From assembly GCA_963662285.2 (NCBI GenBank), contig CAXXMV010000001.1, positions 256,001-320,000 on the forward strand: a stretch of 64,000 nucleotides of DNA. The letters are read 5' to 3'. A program made the position numbers and the translations under genes. Within the stretch, counting starts at the first letter, position 1. Every line of letters begins with the position of its first letter. This DNA is from a bacterium (GTDB taxonomy: Bacteria; Hinthialibacterota; Hinthialibacteria; Hinthialibacterales; Hinthialibacteraceae). Positions 27,847 through 37,679 of the stretch are shown one piece after another. The notes under the pieces were generated by a model, which was given only the letters and a program-made list of their open reading frames with translations, had not been told where the DNA came from and did not search any database.

Positions 27847-29472
27847 TTATTTATCGTTCCCATTTGAGACGCTGCTTCCGCCCGGTGTGATTTGACTGAC
27901 TAATTGGCCGACTTGATTGAGAACGGGCATACTCTCCAGATCAAGTTTCGGATAAACCGGTCCCGGATTTTCGGATTCTTCATCATCCACAACCGGTAAC
28001 TGAGATTGTTCCTGCTTCTTGGGCAAGCGCTCTGATGGATTCTTCTCCGGATATTCACGGTACGGTGTTTTTCCGATTTGATTGATCAAAGACACGGCGG
28101 CTTGTTCCATCTGATTGATAACGCCTTTCGCTTTCCGTGAAAGAAAAGCATGCAGTAAAAGAGATGGAATCGCTACAATCAAACCGAATTCCGTTGTTAT
28201 AAGCGCCTCGGAAATTCCTCCGGATAGAGTTTTTACATCTCCCGAACCAAAGACGGTAATCAGTTTGAAGGTATTGATGATCCCGGTGACAGTACCCAGC
28301 AGTCCAAGTAACGGAGCGGATGCGGCACTGATGGCAATAAAGGGAAGAAAACTGTCCAGTTTCAGACGGGCGGCCAAAACTCGTTCGTACATGATTTCTT
28401 CAATCAATTCGCGCGGTTCCTTGAGATGTTCGACACCGGCCTGCAGCATTCTGCCAACCGGGCCTTTGATTGCTTTGGCATTTTCTACAGCGGCCTTTTT
28501 ATCATGTGTTGCGATTGCGTCAAGCAGCGCTTGAATGCGTTTTTGAGACGGTTTGCGTATAAACAACATCCCCAGCCATTTAAACAAAGCCACAAGGAAG
28601 GCCGCGCCGGCCAAGGCAAAGATCGGGTACATAACCACACCGCCTTTTTTGACATGGGCGAGAAAGGATTCCTGGGTTTCTTCAATTTTATGCGCATTGC
28701 CGAGGGTTGGATCGAGAAGAAAAGCGCCACCGTTACCTGAAATCAATTGAGCCGCAACATCTGCATCTTCAGGCGCGCCAAAAGGAATCACTGCCGGTTC
28801 CAGCGATCCCAGGCGTTGTTCAGCCGTTCCTATAATTTCACCGTCGTTGGACTGAAAAAGCGCGGCCGGACCTGCCAATACAAACGTTCCCGGTTTTACA
28901 ATTCCATTGGGATCGACCGCCGTGCCTTCAAAACGGGCTCCTCCCAACGCATCGTCCAACCGCTCAATGGCTGTTTCAAGAAGACCGGCTTGTGCCTTGA
29001 AAACTTCCTGCCCGGAGAGATTGCTGTTTTCTGTCGCTAATTTCGCTGCCATCAAGGGTTCTTGATAACGGCCCACCTCCGCGATATGCAGGCGGGATTC
29101 AAAATTACGGACATAATCACTCAGTAAATTAGTCAGGTAGGATGATTCTTGCTGACGGGATTTAATTTCCGTTCGCAGATTGCTTAAATCGAGAGCCCGG
29201 CTATCCAGCAGGCGGGTCGTATCTTGATATTTCTGGCGAACATCGGTGAGTTCCTTCTCTAACTCACTCAGTTTGCGGCTTAGCGGAATCGTTTCCCGGG
29301 CGGCTTGTTCGCGCAACTGATTGAGTTCGGCGACACTCTCAACGAGCCTTTGCTGGAATGATTGAGCGGCCTCCCCAAATGCATTTTCATTGGATTGGGC
29401 CGCATCTTGCGCGCTTGCCGTAAACGCAATGATGAGAGAGCCAAGCAGGATAAGTATTGTTTCTGTTTTCAT
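27847..29472 (-). CDS. Long ExbB-family protein with periplasmic coiled coil (TtpC-like)
   Basis: Signal peptide, coiled coil, LDPTLG, GGVVMYPI, APLLGLLGTVTGIINTF..GGISEALITTEFGL. Confidence 0.88.
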   Translation of the reverse strand: MKTETILILLGSLIIAFTASAQDAAQSNENAFGEAAQSFQQRLVESVAELNQLREQAARETIPLSRKLSELEKELTDVRQKYQDTTRLLDSRALDLSNLRTEIKSRQQESSYLTNLLSDYVRNFESRLHIAEVGRYQEPLMAAKLATENSNLSGQEVFKAQAGLLETAIERLDDALGGARFEGTAVDPNGIVKPGTFVLAGPAALFQSNDGEIIGTAEQRLGSLEPAVIPFGAPEDADVAAQLISGNGGAFLLDPTLGNAHKIEETQESFLAHVKKGGVVMYPIFALAGAAFLVALFKWLGMLFIRKPSQKRIQALLDAIATHDKKAAVENAKAIKGPVGRMLQAGVEHLKEPRELIEEIMYERVLAARLKLDSFLPFIAISAASAPLLGLLGTVTGIINTFKLITVFGSGDVKTLSGGISEALITTEFGLIVAIPSLLLHAFLSRKAKGVINQMEQAAVSLINQIGKTPYREYPEKNPSERLPKKQEQSQLPVVDDEESENPGPVYPKLDLESMPVLNQVGQLVSQITPGGSSVSNGNDK

Positions 29473-29488
29473 GATAATCCCGTGTTAT

Positions 29489-30334
29489 TTATTTGATTTC
29501 GATGGGCAACCGGACAAAAGAGGCTACTTGTTCGTTTTTCAAAATAGAAATGGCCTTCGCGATTTCCCCGGCGGCATCGTTTGCGGGTTTCCATGCCCAA
29601 CCCTCTTCTGAAACGGTTCCTATTCCCGCAATCGTTCCATTTGCACCAGAGTAGTACCCCTGCCCGAGACCGAGATAGAGCGCGGTCACTTCCGCGGATG
29701 TGCCATCCGGCAACATACGTACCTCGCTGACAATCCGGATGTCCCGGTTGAATTTACCGATCTCATTGAGAATCCCGACAACATTTTGGAAACGTTCAGA
29801 AATTGTGAGTTTGGTTTCTTCCGCGCGGTCCGGCAAACGTTGGCTCAGAGGTTTGATATGCTCCCGAATAGGATCGGGAAGCCGTGTCAATAATTTTATT
29901 GTGTTCTCTTCCAACGAAGTACAGACGCCAACGAGCTCGATGGAAACCTCTTTAAGCAAATCGTTCTCTTGAATCAAATCAGCCCGCTTTTTATCGGCTT
30001 CCGCAATGCTCTTTTCCGCATCGGTAATCTTTTCCAGAAGTGATTGAATCTCCCGCCGGACCAATTCTATTCTCTCATTGAGCATTTCCTTGGATAGTTC
30101 CAGGTCACGCTTTTCCTTCGAAATAACGCGCTGAGTCTCCACCCATTTTTCCAATGCGGTACGAGTCTCTTCAATCGTCCCGGCGGTTTTGTCATCCGTT
30201 ACAGCCGCGCAAGGTATAAAAACAACCATCCAGACAAGAAAGACCGCTCCTGCCAACAGACGGTGATGAATGATTTCAAGCGATAGAATCCAGCGTGCAG
30301 CCCGGTATTCCCCATCTTGTGTTATACGTTTCAT
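29489..30334 (-). CDS. DUF3450-family coiled-coil protein (TtpB-like)
   Basis: Coiled coil, SERFQNV, V.ALYLGLGQGYY, W.W; canonical position before the long ExbB. Confidence 0.8.
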   Translation of the reverse strand: MKRITQDGEYRAARWILSLEIIHHRLLAGAVFLVWMVVFIPCAAVTDDKTAGTIEETRTALEKWVETQRVISKEKRDLELSKEMLNERIELVRREIQSLLEKITDAEKSIAEADKKRADLIQENDLLKEVSIELVGVCTSLEENTIKLLTRLPDPIREHIKPLSQRLPDRAEETKLTISERFQNVVGILNEIGKFNRDIRIVSEVRMLPDGTSAEVTALYLGLGQGYYSGANGTIAGIGTVSEEGWAWKPANDAAGEIAKAISILKNEQVASFVRLPIEIK

Positions 30335-30458
30335 AATCCGGTGATCCTTTTTATCATTACTATTGGTTATCTGTTTTCATCGCGACAAAATGCATGTCTT
30401 TCATTGTGAACACGGCATACATGAACATGTATAATGTATCCATTAAATATAAGGATTC

Positions 30459-30672
30459 TGTTAGTGATATGTTTTTCTATTGTTACCTGCAGATTAGCGG
30501 AGAAGGTCTGATTTTTTTTTCTATACAATACTTGCTCACACAATCTACAATCAATCCGAATCACAACAACCTATTCATCTCATTTTGGTTACTATCTATT
30601 CAGATACTCTGTATATAGCAGCTGGTCATTTGGGCATTCCATTATGTTAGTTTTGTGTTAAGGAACTGTTTA
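30459..30672 (-). promoter_or_regulatory. Two arrays of PhoB/PhoP-box-like direct repeats, 11-bp period
   Basis: Plus strand TGTTAG 30459, TGTTTT 30470, TGTTAC 30481; TGTTAG 30645, TGTTAA 30656, TGTTTA 30667. Confidence 0.55.
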
Positions 30673-33657
30673 GAAAGTTGCACTCACGGATAGCGAAAAC
30701 TCAATCCCTTTTTTATAGGATGTTTTCAAAACATCACCACCGATGTATTCGGAACGGTAAACGGATTCAATGGCGGGATTGAGTAAATTCTTGGCTTGAA
30801 ACTTGAGTTTCCAGTTCTTTCCAAAACTTTGAGTTGCGCTTAGATTGAGTGTTCCATACTCGGTCTCATAAACACTGGGTACGAACTTGCCATCCGCCTG
30901 ACCGGCGCCAGCCACCAGCGTGTCTCCCCGCACGGTATAAAAAAGACCGGCTTGTGTACCTTTCATTCCCAAATCCGTCAGGTCGTACATGAGAAAGAAA
31001 TTGTAGAGATATTCGGGCGCATTGGTCATATCTCTTGTAGGCATGGGAGCCATGATATTCGGTTCTTTCAACTGTGCGGCTTCGAAATCCGGAAGCGTCA
31101 CTTCGGAATCAATAAATGTTGCATTGGCCCCAATTGAAAGGCCATTGAGTGTATCCCAAATTTGCCCCATTTTCTGACGGATTTCGATCTCGTACCCGCT
31201 CAGTTTCCCTTCGGGATAGTTCACCGGCGTTGTATAACCAAAATCGGCGATCCGTTGCACGTATTCGATTGGATCCTGGATGTCTTTATAGAAAAAGGAT
31301 AAGGAAATCAATCCTCCTTCATAGGGTGTATAATCAGTCCGGATATCGTAGTTCTTCAAGGCGCTCATCTTAAGGAATGGATTACCGATAAACACATCTC
31401 CGCCCAGAAATTCCTGCTGCTGAATCGGCGTGAGTTCCTTGAACGTCTGACGGGCAATCGTTTGGCTGTACGAACCATGCAGTTTGATTTGATCGATGGG
31501 CGTCATAACAAATCCCAGTGAAGGCAGCATGTCGTTTTGTGTATAGTCGACATCTGCTTGCCCCGGTTTCAATTCAACCGAACCGGGAGATCCAGGCGGA
31601 ATCCAGGTCACCTCGTCCTCCGGAAAATTCTCGATGCCGATATCCGTCTTTTCGTGCCGGACTCCGCCGATGAACTTGAATCTCGAGTTCAATGGTAAAT
31701 CCGTCATATAATACCAGGCCGTAATATCCTGTTCGCCCTTGTAATCCACATCGATTTCGGCGGCCGTTACAGGATGATTTTCCGACGGGAAAACACCACT
31801 CCAATAGTCATCCCAATAACTTTCGCATTGAGCGCTGTTATCATTGAAATTACTAAAGGAATCCTGATTGTACTGACGGTCAACCCGGTCGCTGAAATGC
31901 CCGAATTTCAGATATCCCTTATCTCCGGTCCATTGTTCGAACGGGAATTTCAGATCGAAATAATATTGATTGCTATCCTCGGATATATCTTTCCAGATTC
32001 GCTGAAGATTCCCCAGAGTATAATTAGCGGCCGGTTTAAAAGGCCGGAACACTGCCGGTTCCGTGAAAGGATCGATATAAGGCGGGTATCCCGGATTGTT
32101 GGATTCCGCACACCACATCGAACCAAATTGCCTCTTGTCGGGCTGATAGAGTCCGGACGAATTGACAGAGAATCCCCAATCCACTTCAGGTTTGAGAGAG
32201 GTTAAGAAATGATTTATTTCCAGGCCCGGATCGGGCAGTTTATGCTGGCCGCTTAATTGCATCGTTTGCGTGGTCCGTTCGGTATACTGAAGGGTTTCCG
32301 TTCTTAGATACGGCGCGGCGTCACGCTCGCGATTCCCTGGATCACTGGGATCGTCCGGATCGTAACCGGGAAAATAATAGGCTTTCCCTCGTGTATCTTC
32401 AGCCAAAGTTGCAACATCCTCCGCCGCACGGGTATACAATGTTGTCAAACTTAGAGAATGATTTTCGGTTTCAATCCCCACGGTTCCCAATCCGCCCCAC
32501 TTAACCTCTTCCGCCCCTTGAGTCACATCAAAGAGTTGCGTCTTAAAATCCCCCTGCATCGGTGTTCCCTGGATATACTGGGGAGACATGAAACCGCCCG
32601 GTTCTTCAACCCAGTATTTATCATTGATGCCATTGTCAAAAAAGGAACTGTCCCGTTCATAAAAGAAACTGGCCAGGCCGCCCAGAGTGAAACCGGCATC
32701 AAATTCATGTTTTCCGCCGGCCGCCAGCGACCATTTATAATCGATGGGCGCACCCTCCGGCGCAACTCCCACAGTGCGGTCGAAATTCCCGTCCGAAGGG
32801 ATATCCCGTTCGTCATCCCCCAGCAAACTGACTCCGCCGCCATCATATAAAAGGAAATCATCATTCCCGGTTACTTGCGAATTGTAACTGAGTTGACTGT
32901 CCAATTTAAAAACGGTTTCATTCGGAATTCCTTTCAGCACAACATTGACGGCTCCGCCGGAGGCATCGCCCTGTTGATCCGGTAAAAACGTTTTACTGAC
33001 TTGAATGCTTTCGATTGCAGCGGAAGGAAATTGATCCAACTGAACGGCGCGCTTATCGGCATCGGCAGTGGGCAAACGTACGCCATTCATTTGTGAATTG
33101 ACATACCGGTCCGGCAACCCGCGAATGACGGCGTATTTGCCGTCTTGAACAGATGCTCCCGCAACCAGTTTTAAAGCGCTGGCGGCATCACCCGCGCCGG
33201 CCTGGCTCATTAGATCGGCGCTAATCGAATCCATTAACGTCGGACTTTCCATACGCAGTTCAAGCAGAGCCGCTTCCGTTCCTGTGCCGATCTGAATGTC
33301 TTGAACGATAAATTCCTCCATATCCGTAAAATCACCGGCCAGCCACACATCGAGTTCGGTCATTTTGCCCGGTGAAACAACCACATTGGCTTTCACCTGT
33401 CGGATATACCCATCCTTCGAATAAATCAGTGTATAATTGCCAGCCGGAACTTGGTTGAAAACATAATTCCCTTCGTCTGCACTTTCGGTTTTTTCTCCAG
33501 TTTCCGCGATCGAGATTTCCGCCCCCCCCAACGGCGCATCGAAATCCTTATCGTAGATTGTCCCCCGGATACTGCCGACCTGCTGCGCTAAAACAAGTGA
33601 AACTGATAAAAAGGATATACAAGCAAAAATCCAAAAACAAAAAATATGTTTTACCAT
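30670..33657 (-). CDS. TonB-dependent outer-membrane receptor with N-terminal carboxypeptidase-regulatory-like domain
   Basis: Signal peptide; plug motifs IRGLPDRY..MNG.., LDQFPSAAIESIQVSKT..GDASGGAVN; GNP.LK; C-terminal AKNLLN...FSLSVSATF with terminal Phe. Confidence 0.95.
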   Translation of the reverse strand: MVKHIFCFWIFACISFLSVSLVLAQQVGSIRGTIYDKDFDAPLGGAEISIAETGEKTESADEGNYVFNQVPAGNYTLIYSKDGYIRQVKANVVVSPGKMTELDVWLAGDFTDMEEFIVQDIQIGTGTEAALLELRMESPTLMDSISADLMSQAGAGDAASALKLVAGASVQDGKYAVIRGLPDRYVNSQMNGVRLPTADADKRAVQLDQFPSAAIESIQVSKTFLPDQQGDASGGAVNVVLKGIPNETVFKLDSQLSYNSQVTGNDDFLLYDGGGVSLLGDDERDIPSDGNFDRTVGVAPEGAPIDYKWSLAAGGKHEFDAGFTLGGLASFFYERDSSFFDNGINDKYWVEEPGGFMSPQYIQGTPMQGDFKTQLFDVTQGAEEVKWGGLGTVGIETENHSLSLTTLYTRAAEDVATLAEDTRGKAYYFPGYDPDDPSDPGNRERDAAPYLRTETLQYTERTTQTMQLSGQHKLPDPGLEINHFLTSLKPEVDWGFSVNSSGLYQPDKRQFGSMWCAESNNPGYPPYIDPFTEPAVFRPFKPAANYTLGNLQRIWKDISEDSNQYYFDLKFPFEQWTGDKGYLKFGHFSDRVDRQYNQDSFSNFNDNSAQCESYWDDYWSGVFPSENHPVTAAEIDVDYKGEQDITAWYYMTDLPLNSRFKFIGGVRHEKTDIGIENFPEDEVTWIPPGSPGSVELKPGQADVDYTQNDMLPSLGFVMTPIDQIKLHGSYSQTIARQTFKELTPIQQQEFLGGDVFIGNPFLKMSALKNYDIRTDYTPYEGGLISLSFFYKDIQDPIEYVQRIADFGYTTPVNYPEGKLSGYEIEIRQKMGQIWDTLNGLSIGANATFIDSEVTLPDFEAAQLKEPNIMAPMPTRDMTNAPEYLYNFFLMYDLTDLGMKGTQAGLFYTVRGDTLVAGAGQADGKFVPSVYETEYGTLNLSATQSFGKNWKLKFQAKNLLNPAIESVYRSEYIGGDVLKTSYKKGIEFSLSVSATF

Positions 33658-35012
33658 GGTTGGCCTAGCCCCCCATATATCTGCAGCATTTGTTCCCAGA
33701 GTTCCGCATCGGGTTCACAATTGGACAGAATCATCGAGCAGCAAGCGGCGGACAGGTCTTCAGCCCGTGGCCTGGAATTAGGATTCGCAATCCCTTCTTG
33801 TACGGATTTCTTATAGACGGCCAGCGCGGATTCTTTATCTCCCATCATCTGATAGGCTTCCGCAAGCGGACGAAGCGCTCCAGCCCGCCAAATATTGACT
33901 ATTTTCATTCCCTGTTCGTTATAGAGAGCCAATGCGGCATCCGCATCAGAACGAGATTTCTTTCGGTCACCCGCCCGGTAGCGCAGTTTTATGATCTTAG
34001 CCATCAGGGGAAAACGGTGTTCCAATTTCCATTGGTACTTATCGATAAAATTTTGGGCTTGGTTGATTAGTTTCAGGGCTTTCTCCCGATCCGAATTTTC
34101 CAATGCAAATTCCGCTAGTTTTTCCAACCAATCGATTCGGATATTTACGGGAATCGTATCCCAAGAAGCCGTGATTTTATCTTCGATAACTGCGCGTTTT
34201 TCTGTATCCTTATAAAAGCGGTCAAACAACTGAACGTACGCTTCCAAAGCGTGTTTGACGATGTCAAAATCCCCTTTTGCAATATACGAATCGAGCGTTT
34301 TGACTTGATCCTCAAACGATTCCTCATCGCAAAGCATGGCCTGAACATATTCCACCTTGCCCGATTCAGATGCAACAACATTCGAGGCAAACTGGCGAGC
34401 TTTTTGAGTTTGTCCCAGCCAGGTATGAGCTTGCGCGATCTTGATCCGTATCCGGTCTCTGCGCCAATCCTCAGCGTCTTTGGCTATCGGTTCCGCTATA
34501 TCAGAAAAATACTGCATAGAGTCAATATCACCCTGCCGGGCACAGTAATAAGCCAGATTGGCGTAACACATTCCTTTTCGCCAATTTTCGATTTTTTCTA
34601 TAAACATCATGGCCTGCTTTGGCTGACCGAGTTCCAGGCAAGCATCGACCACTTTTTCCTGCGCTCTCGACCGGTCTGTGATATGGGGAGAAACTGGGAT
34701 GGAGGAAGCCGCGTTAAACGCCAGATTCAACAATTTGACTTGCGAGTCTCTCAGAGGCTTATCTTCAAGAGGGCCTTTTGTATTTTCCGCGAAAACTTTC
34801 GTCTCCATGAAGATACCATATCCGGTGATCGATAAAATCAACGCTGCGCCTATTAACGGAAAGACAAAAAAGGGAATGCTTTTTTTTTGAGGGGACCACA
34901 ATTTCATTTCCATGAAAAAATCCTTATACGGTTTATACGTCTTAGATAACTCAACTTTCATTATTCGGGTGGAAATGGCATGAAACGGAACTCCCGGATA
35001 CATGGGAATCAT
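33651..35012 (-). CDS. Alpha-helical/TPR-like protein with N-terminal membrane segment (start probably near 34913)
   Basis: TM FFVFPLIGAALILSITGYGIF followed by helical repeats. Confidence 0.7.
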   Translation of the reverse strand: MIPMYPGVPFHAISTRIMKVELSKTYKPYKDFFMEMKLWSPQKKSIPFFVFPLIGAALILSITGYGIFMETKVFAENTKGPLEDKPLRDSQVKLLNLAFNAASSIPVSPHITDRSRAQEKVVDACLELGQPKQAMMFIEKIENWRKGMCYANLAYYCARQGDIDSMQYFSDIAEPIAKDAEDWRRDRIRIKIAQAHTWLGQTQKARQFASNVVASESGKVEYVQAMLCDEESFEDQVKTLDSYIAKGDFDIVKHALEAYVQLFDRFYKDTEKRAVIEDKITASWDTIPVNIRIDWLEKLAEFALENSDREKALKLINQAQNFIDKYQWKLEHRFPLMAKIIKLRYRAGDRKKSRSDADAALALYNEQGMKIVNIWRAGALRPLAEAYQMMGDKESALAVYKKSVQEGIANPNSRPRAEDLSAACCSMILSNCEPDAELWEQMLQIYGGLGQPW

Positions 35013-35133
35013 GCGGAATTGTTCTTTTGAAAGAGGAAAGCGAACGAATGCCAGCGCTGTTCGAAGCCAGCATCCATTCGCAATGTACTCGTAAGAAATC
35101 TGAATAATGAATAGTAATGCAGATAATCTTCAC

Positions 35134-36741
35134 TTAATACAATTCGTAATTTGAAACGTTGGAAGCGGAACCTTCGGTCATGCCATAAGCATGAACGGCC
35201 GTCCAGCCAGCCAGCCAGTTATTCGAATCATCAAATCCGCCGCGGTATTGCGCGGATTGGAAAAATCCATCAGCCGGAGCTGCTGCAACGCTGGTTAAGG
35301 CGTCGTTGTTCGCCAGAGGATTGATGGAAACAACCGGAATCATTTGTTTCCCGCCTTTGGTTACGAGATCACCGCGAACCAGCCCTTGGATCGGCATGAT
35401 TTCGGCGGTTATGTTGTTGTTCTCCGCATTGCGGACACCACGGGCATCGGCTTCCGTATAGGCGTCAGCGTGAAGGTTGTTATAGAAAACCGTATCTGTG
35501 ATTTCACACAGTTTTCCGGATGTTTGCACTGTGTAGAGAGCGGCTGCATCGGCCTGACCAAGATTGATTGCGGATGTATAGGTGTAATCCGTTGTCCAGC
35601 AATCTTCCCAGGGAAGCGTGCCATTGTAACCATATCCATTGGCGCCATCGCCATCATCTCCATCGAATCGGACCAGTTTTTCACCGAGATCCATGAAGAT
35701 GCAGTTGCGGTATTGAACGTGAGCGTTATCCCGCCAGGTTGTCCCGCCGTCACCGTCAATCGGCTGGCCGACAACGGTAAAGTTATAAATCGAAGCCGTT
35801 GTAATAGGCTGGGCATCGGAATCTTCCGCGCCGTCTGTTTCGAAGCAATTATCGCCAACACCAGAACCTTGGCTGGCATCCAGACTGTAACCTTGAACGA
35901 TCAATCCGAATTGAGCCTTGCCGCGCCAGCCTTCATCGATATCGAAACTGTCGTCGCCAACGTTCCAAATGTTTACATATTTCAAGTTGACTGTTCCGCC
36001 CCAGATTTCGATTCCATCGTCAACATTGTTCATGATTTCAACATGATCGATTGTCGTGCCACGGCCGAGACCACCCAACGACAAACCGTTCAATTCGTTT
36101 GCCAAACCTAAAACCTTGCCGCCATACCGGATAGAAAGATAATGAATGGAACCGCTATTGTCATCATCATCATCTCCGCCATAGAAAACCTTGGTGTCAT
36201 TCTCATCCGCCGCAACAAGACCTTCCATTTGTTTCACATTCAGTCCAGTCGGTTCTTTCGTATTGCTGCCGACTTGCTGGCCTTTGTAGTGCGAAGCGGA
36301 AACCAGGGCATTCCCCATTATCGTAAGGTTGCCCCACTCGTTAGCGCCTTCATGCCATGATGTCAAATCATCATTCGAAGACGTCATGATAACGGGGTCG
36401 TTTTGAATCCCGTTCACATAAATCTTGGCGCCCCGGCAAACCGCTAAACTTCCTCCAACTCCGGCAGTGCTTTGAACCAATGTCCCGGCCTCAATCGTCA
36501 AAGTTGCTCCAGGCAGAACATAAATCTGATCCTGCAGGTTGTATACATTATCGGATGTCCATGTTACGGATGTGTCAATATCCTCCGTTACCAATACTTC
36601 TGCCGCGAAGGCAGATCCGGTGATTGCCATACAGAACGCTGCAACCAATGATAGATTGACTGTTACTTTTCTCATGCTGAGATTACCCTTTCTTCGAGTT
36701 TGGGGGATTCTATGGAATGTAAACATAGTTTCAATACCCAA
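35134..36741 (-). CDS. Secreted acidic beta-helix-type protein of a family usually beside TonB-dependent receptors; carries the C-terminal motif
   Basis: Signal peptide ..GSAFA; GATLTIEAGT, WGNLTIMGNA, YGG.DDDDNSG.I.Y.SIRYGG, ELNGLSLGGLG.GT, DDGIEIWGGTVN, DDSFDIDEGW; ends GSA-SNVSNYELY. Confidence 0.8.
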   Translation of the reverse strand: MGIETMFTFHRIPQTRRKGNLSMRKVTVNLSLVAAFCMAITGSAFAAEVLVTEDIDTSVTWTSDNVYNLQDQIYVLPGATLTIEAGTLVQSTAGVGGSLAVCRGAKIYVNGIQNDPVIMTSSNDDLTSWHEGANEWGNLTIMGNALVSASHYKGQQVGSNTKEPTGLNVKQMEGLVAADENDTKVFYGGDDDDDNSGSIHYLSIRYGGKVLGLANELNGLSLGGLGRGTTIDHVEIMNNVDDGIEIWGGTVNLKYVNIWNVGDDSFDIDEGWRGKAQFGLIVQGYSLDASQGSGVGDNCFETDGAEDSDAQPITTASIYNFTVVGQPIDGDGGTTWRDNAHVQYRNCIFMDLGEKLVRFDGDDGDGANGYGYNGTLPWEDCWTTDYTYTSAINLGQADAAALYTVQTSGKLCEITDTVFYNNLHADAYTEADARGVRNAENNNITAEIMPIQGLVRGDLVTKGGKQMIPVVSINPLANNDALTSVAAAPADGFFQSAQYRGGFDDSNNWLAGWTAVHAYGMTEGSASNVSNYELY

Positions 36742-36809
36742 ATCTTTGGAATCATTGATGAATCTAAATACAGAATTGAATTCATACTGGGATAAATATA
36801 CAGCGGCTT

Positions 36810-36837
36810 TGTTAGGGAGACATTAATATAGCATTAG
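36810..36837 (-). promoter_or_regulatory. Third, more degenerate 11-bp-period repeat array upstream of the TonB cassette
   Basis: Plus strand TGTTAG 36810, CATTAA 36821, CATTAG 36832. Confidence 0.4.
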
Positions 36838-37099
36838 AATACAGTACATCTTGAATCCTGATATATACCATTAATTATATCCTGATATAATCAAATCTGC
36901 TGAAACAAAGTTCGAAAATTAAATCACTTGAACTGTTTGCGCTTAAGTTTTTATCGAGGCGGCTCAAGACCTGGATGTCCATGATTGATTGAGATTCGTA
37001 AAGAATCTTTCTCGGGTGTGGGATTCCGTCGGAGCCGCCTTACAAACATAGATCGTAAGACAATGTGCGGCTGTCACGCGAAGATGAGAACGCACCAGA

Positions 37100-37282
37100 C
37101 GCGATACAGGGAAAATCGCTGAAGAGGTGATAACACACCTTGTTGGTTTGGTAGGCTACTCGGTGCGTGTCACTCTGGAGATCGAGGCAGATATCCCTGA
37201 TGGAGTGCCGGAGAATGTTGTACGCATCGTAACAGAGAATGGCCGGACATTGAAATTCACAAGCCAGGGCTTTGAAGTGTAG
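37100..37282 (+). pseudogene. C-terminal remnant of a DUF499-family AAA+ ATPase
   Basis: Hand translation RDTGKIAEEVITHLVGLVGYSVRVTLEIEADIPDGVPENVVRIVTENGRTLKFTSQGFEV*; in-frame stop just upstream. Confidence 0.7.
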
Positions 37283-37394
37283 TGATTAGAAGCGTTAATG
37301 CACGTTTTATGGGGCTTTACTTAAGAGGAGACGCCAAGAAAGCCTCTCACGCGCGCGCGAATATATATATACGGGCGAATATTAGGGCCAGGCG

Positions 37395-37679
37395 TCATTC
37401 CATTTCCAAGTCCTCTTTGGCATACTTTACCGCATCCTCAAGGTCTTCCAGTTCCTGGGGGTAGATGTTGATCCCGCGCCTTGTAGGTATCCACTCCCCG
37501 TCCTTCAGCACCCAGATACGGATGTTAAGGAAGGTTTTGCCGTTATAGTCGTCCAGCGATGTCCGGAGGCTCTGTGTCGCGGTGCGTTGCTTATCAGTGT
37601 AGGGGTAGGAATCATTTTCCATGGTGACATTCCTTTTAGATTTTTTCCTTGTATTGAAGGAGAGCAAAAGCGACTGCAT
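37395..37679 (-). CDS. PC4/YdbC-like ssDNA-binding protein (likely start near 37623)
   Basis: LRTSLDDYNGKTFLNIRIW..DGEWIPTRRGINI..EL; AAGGA before VTME. Confidence 0.8.
   Translation of the reverse strand: MQSLLLSFNTRKKSKRNVTMENDSYPYTDKQRTATQSLRTSLDDYNGKTFLNIRIWVLKDGEWIPTRRGINIYPQELEDLEDAVKYAKEDLEME

Noticed and set aside
36957-37040. 9-bp inverted repeat AGGCGGCTC/GAGCCGCCT as a MITE
   Set aside because: Short, single copy in the window, no evident target duplication
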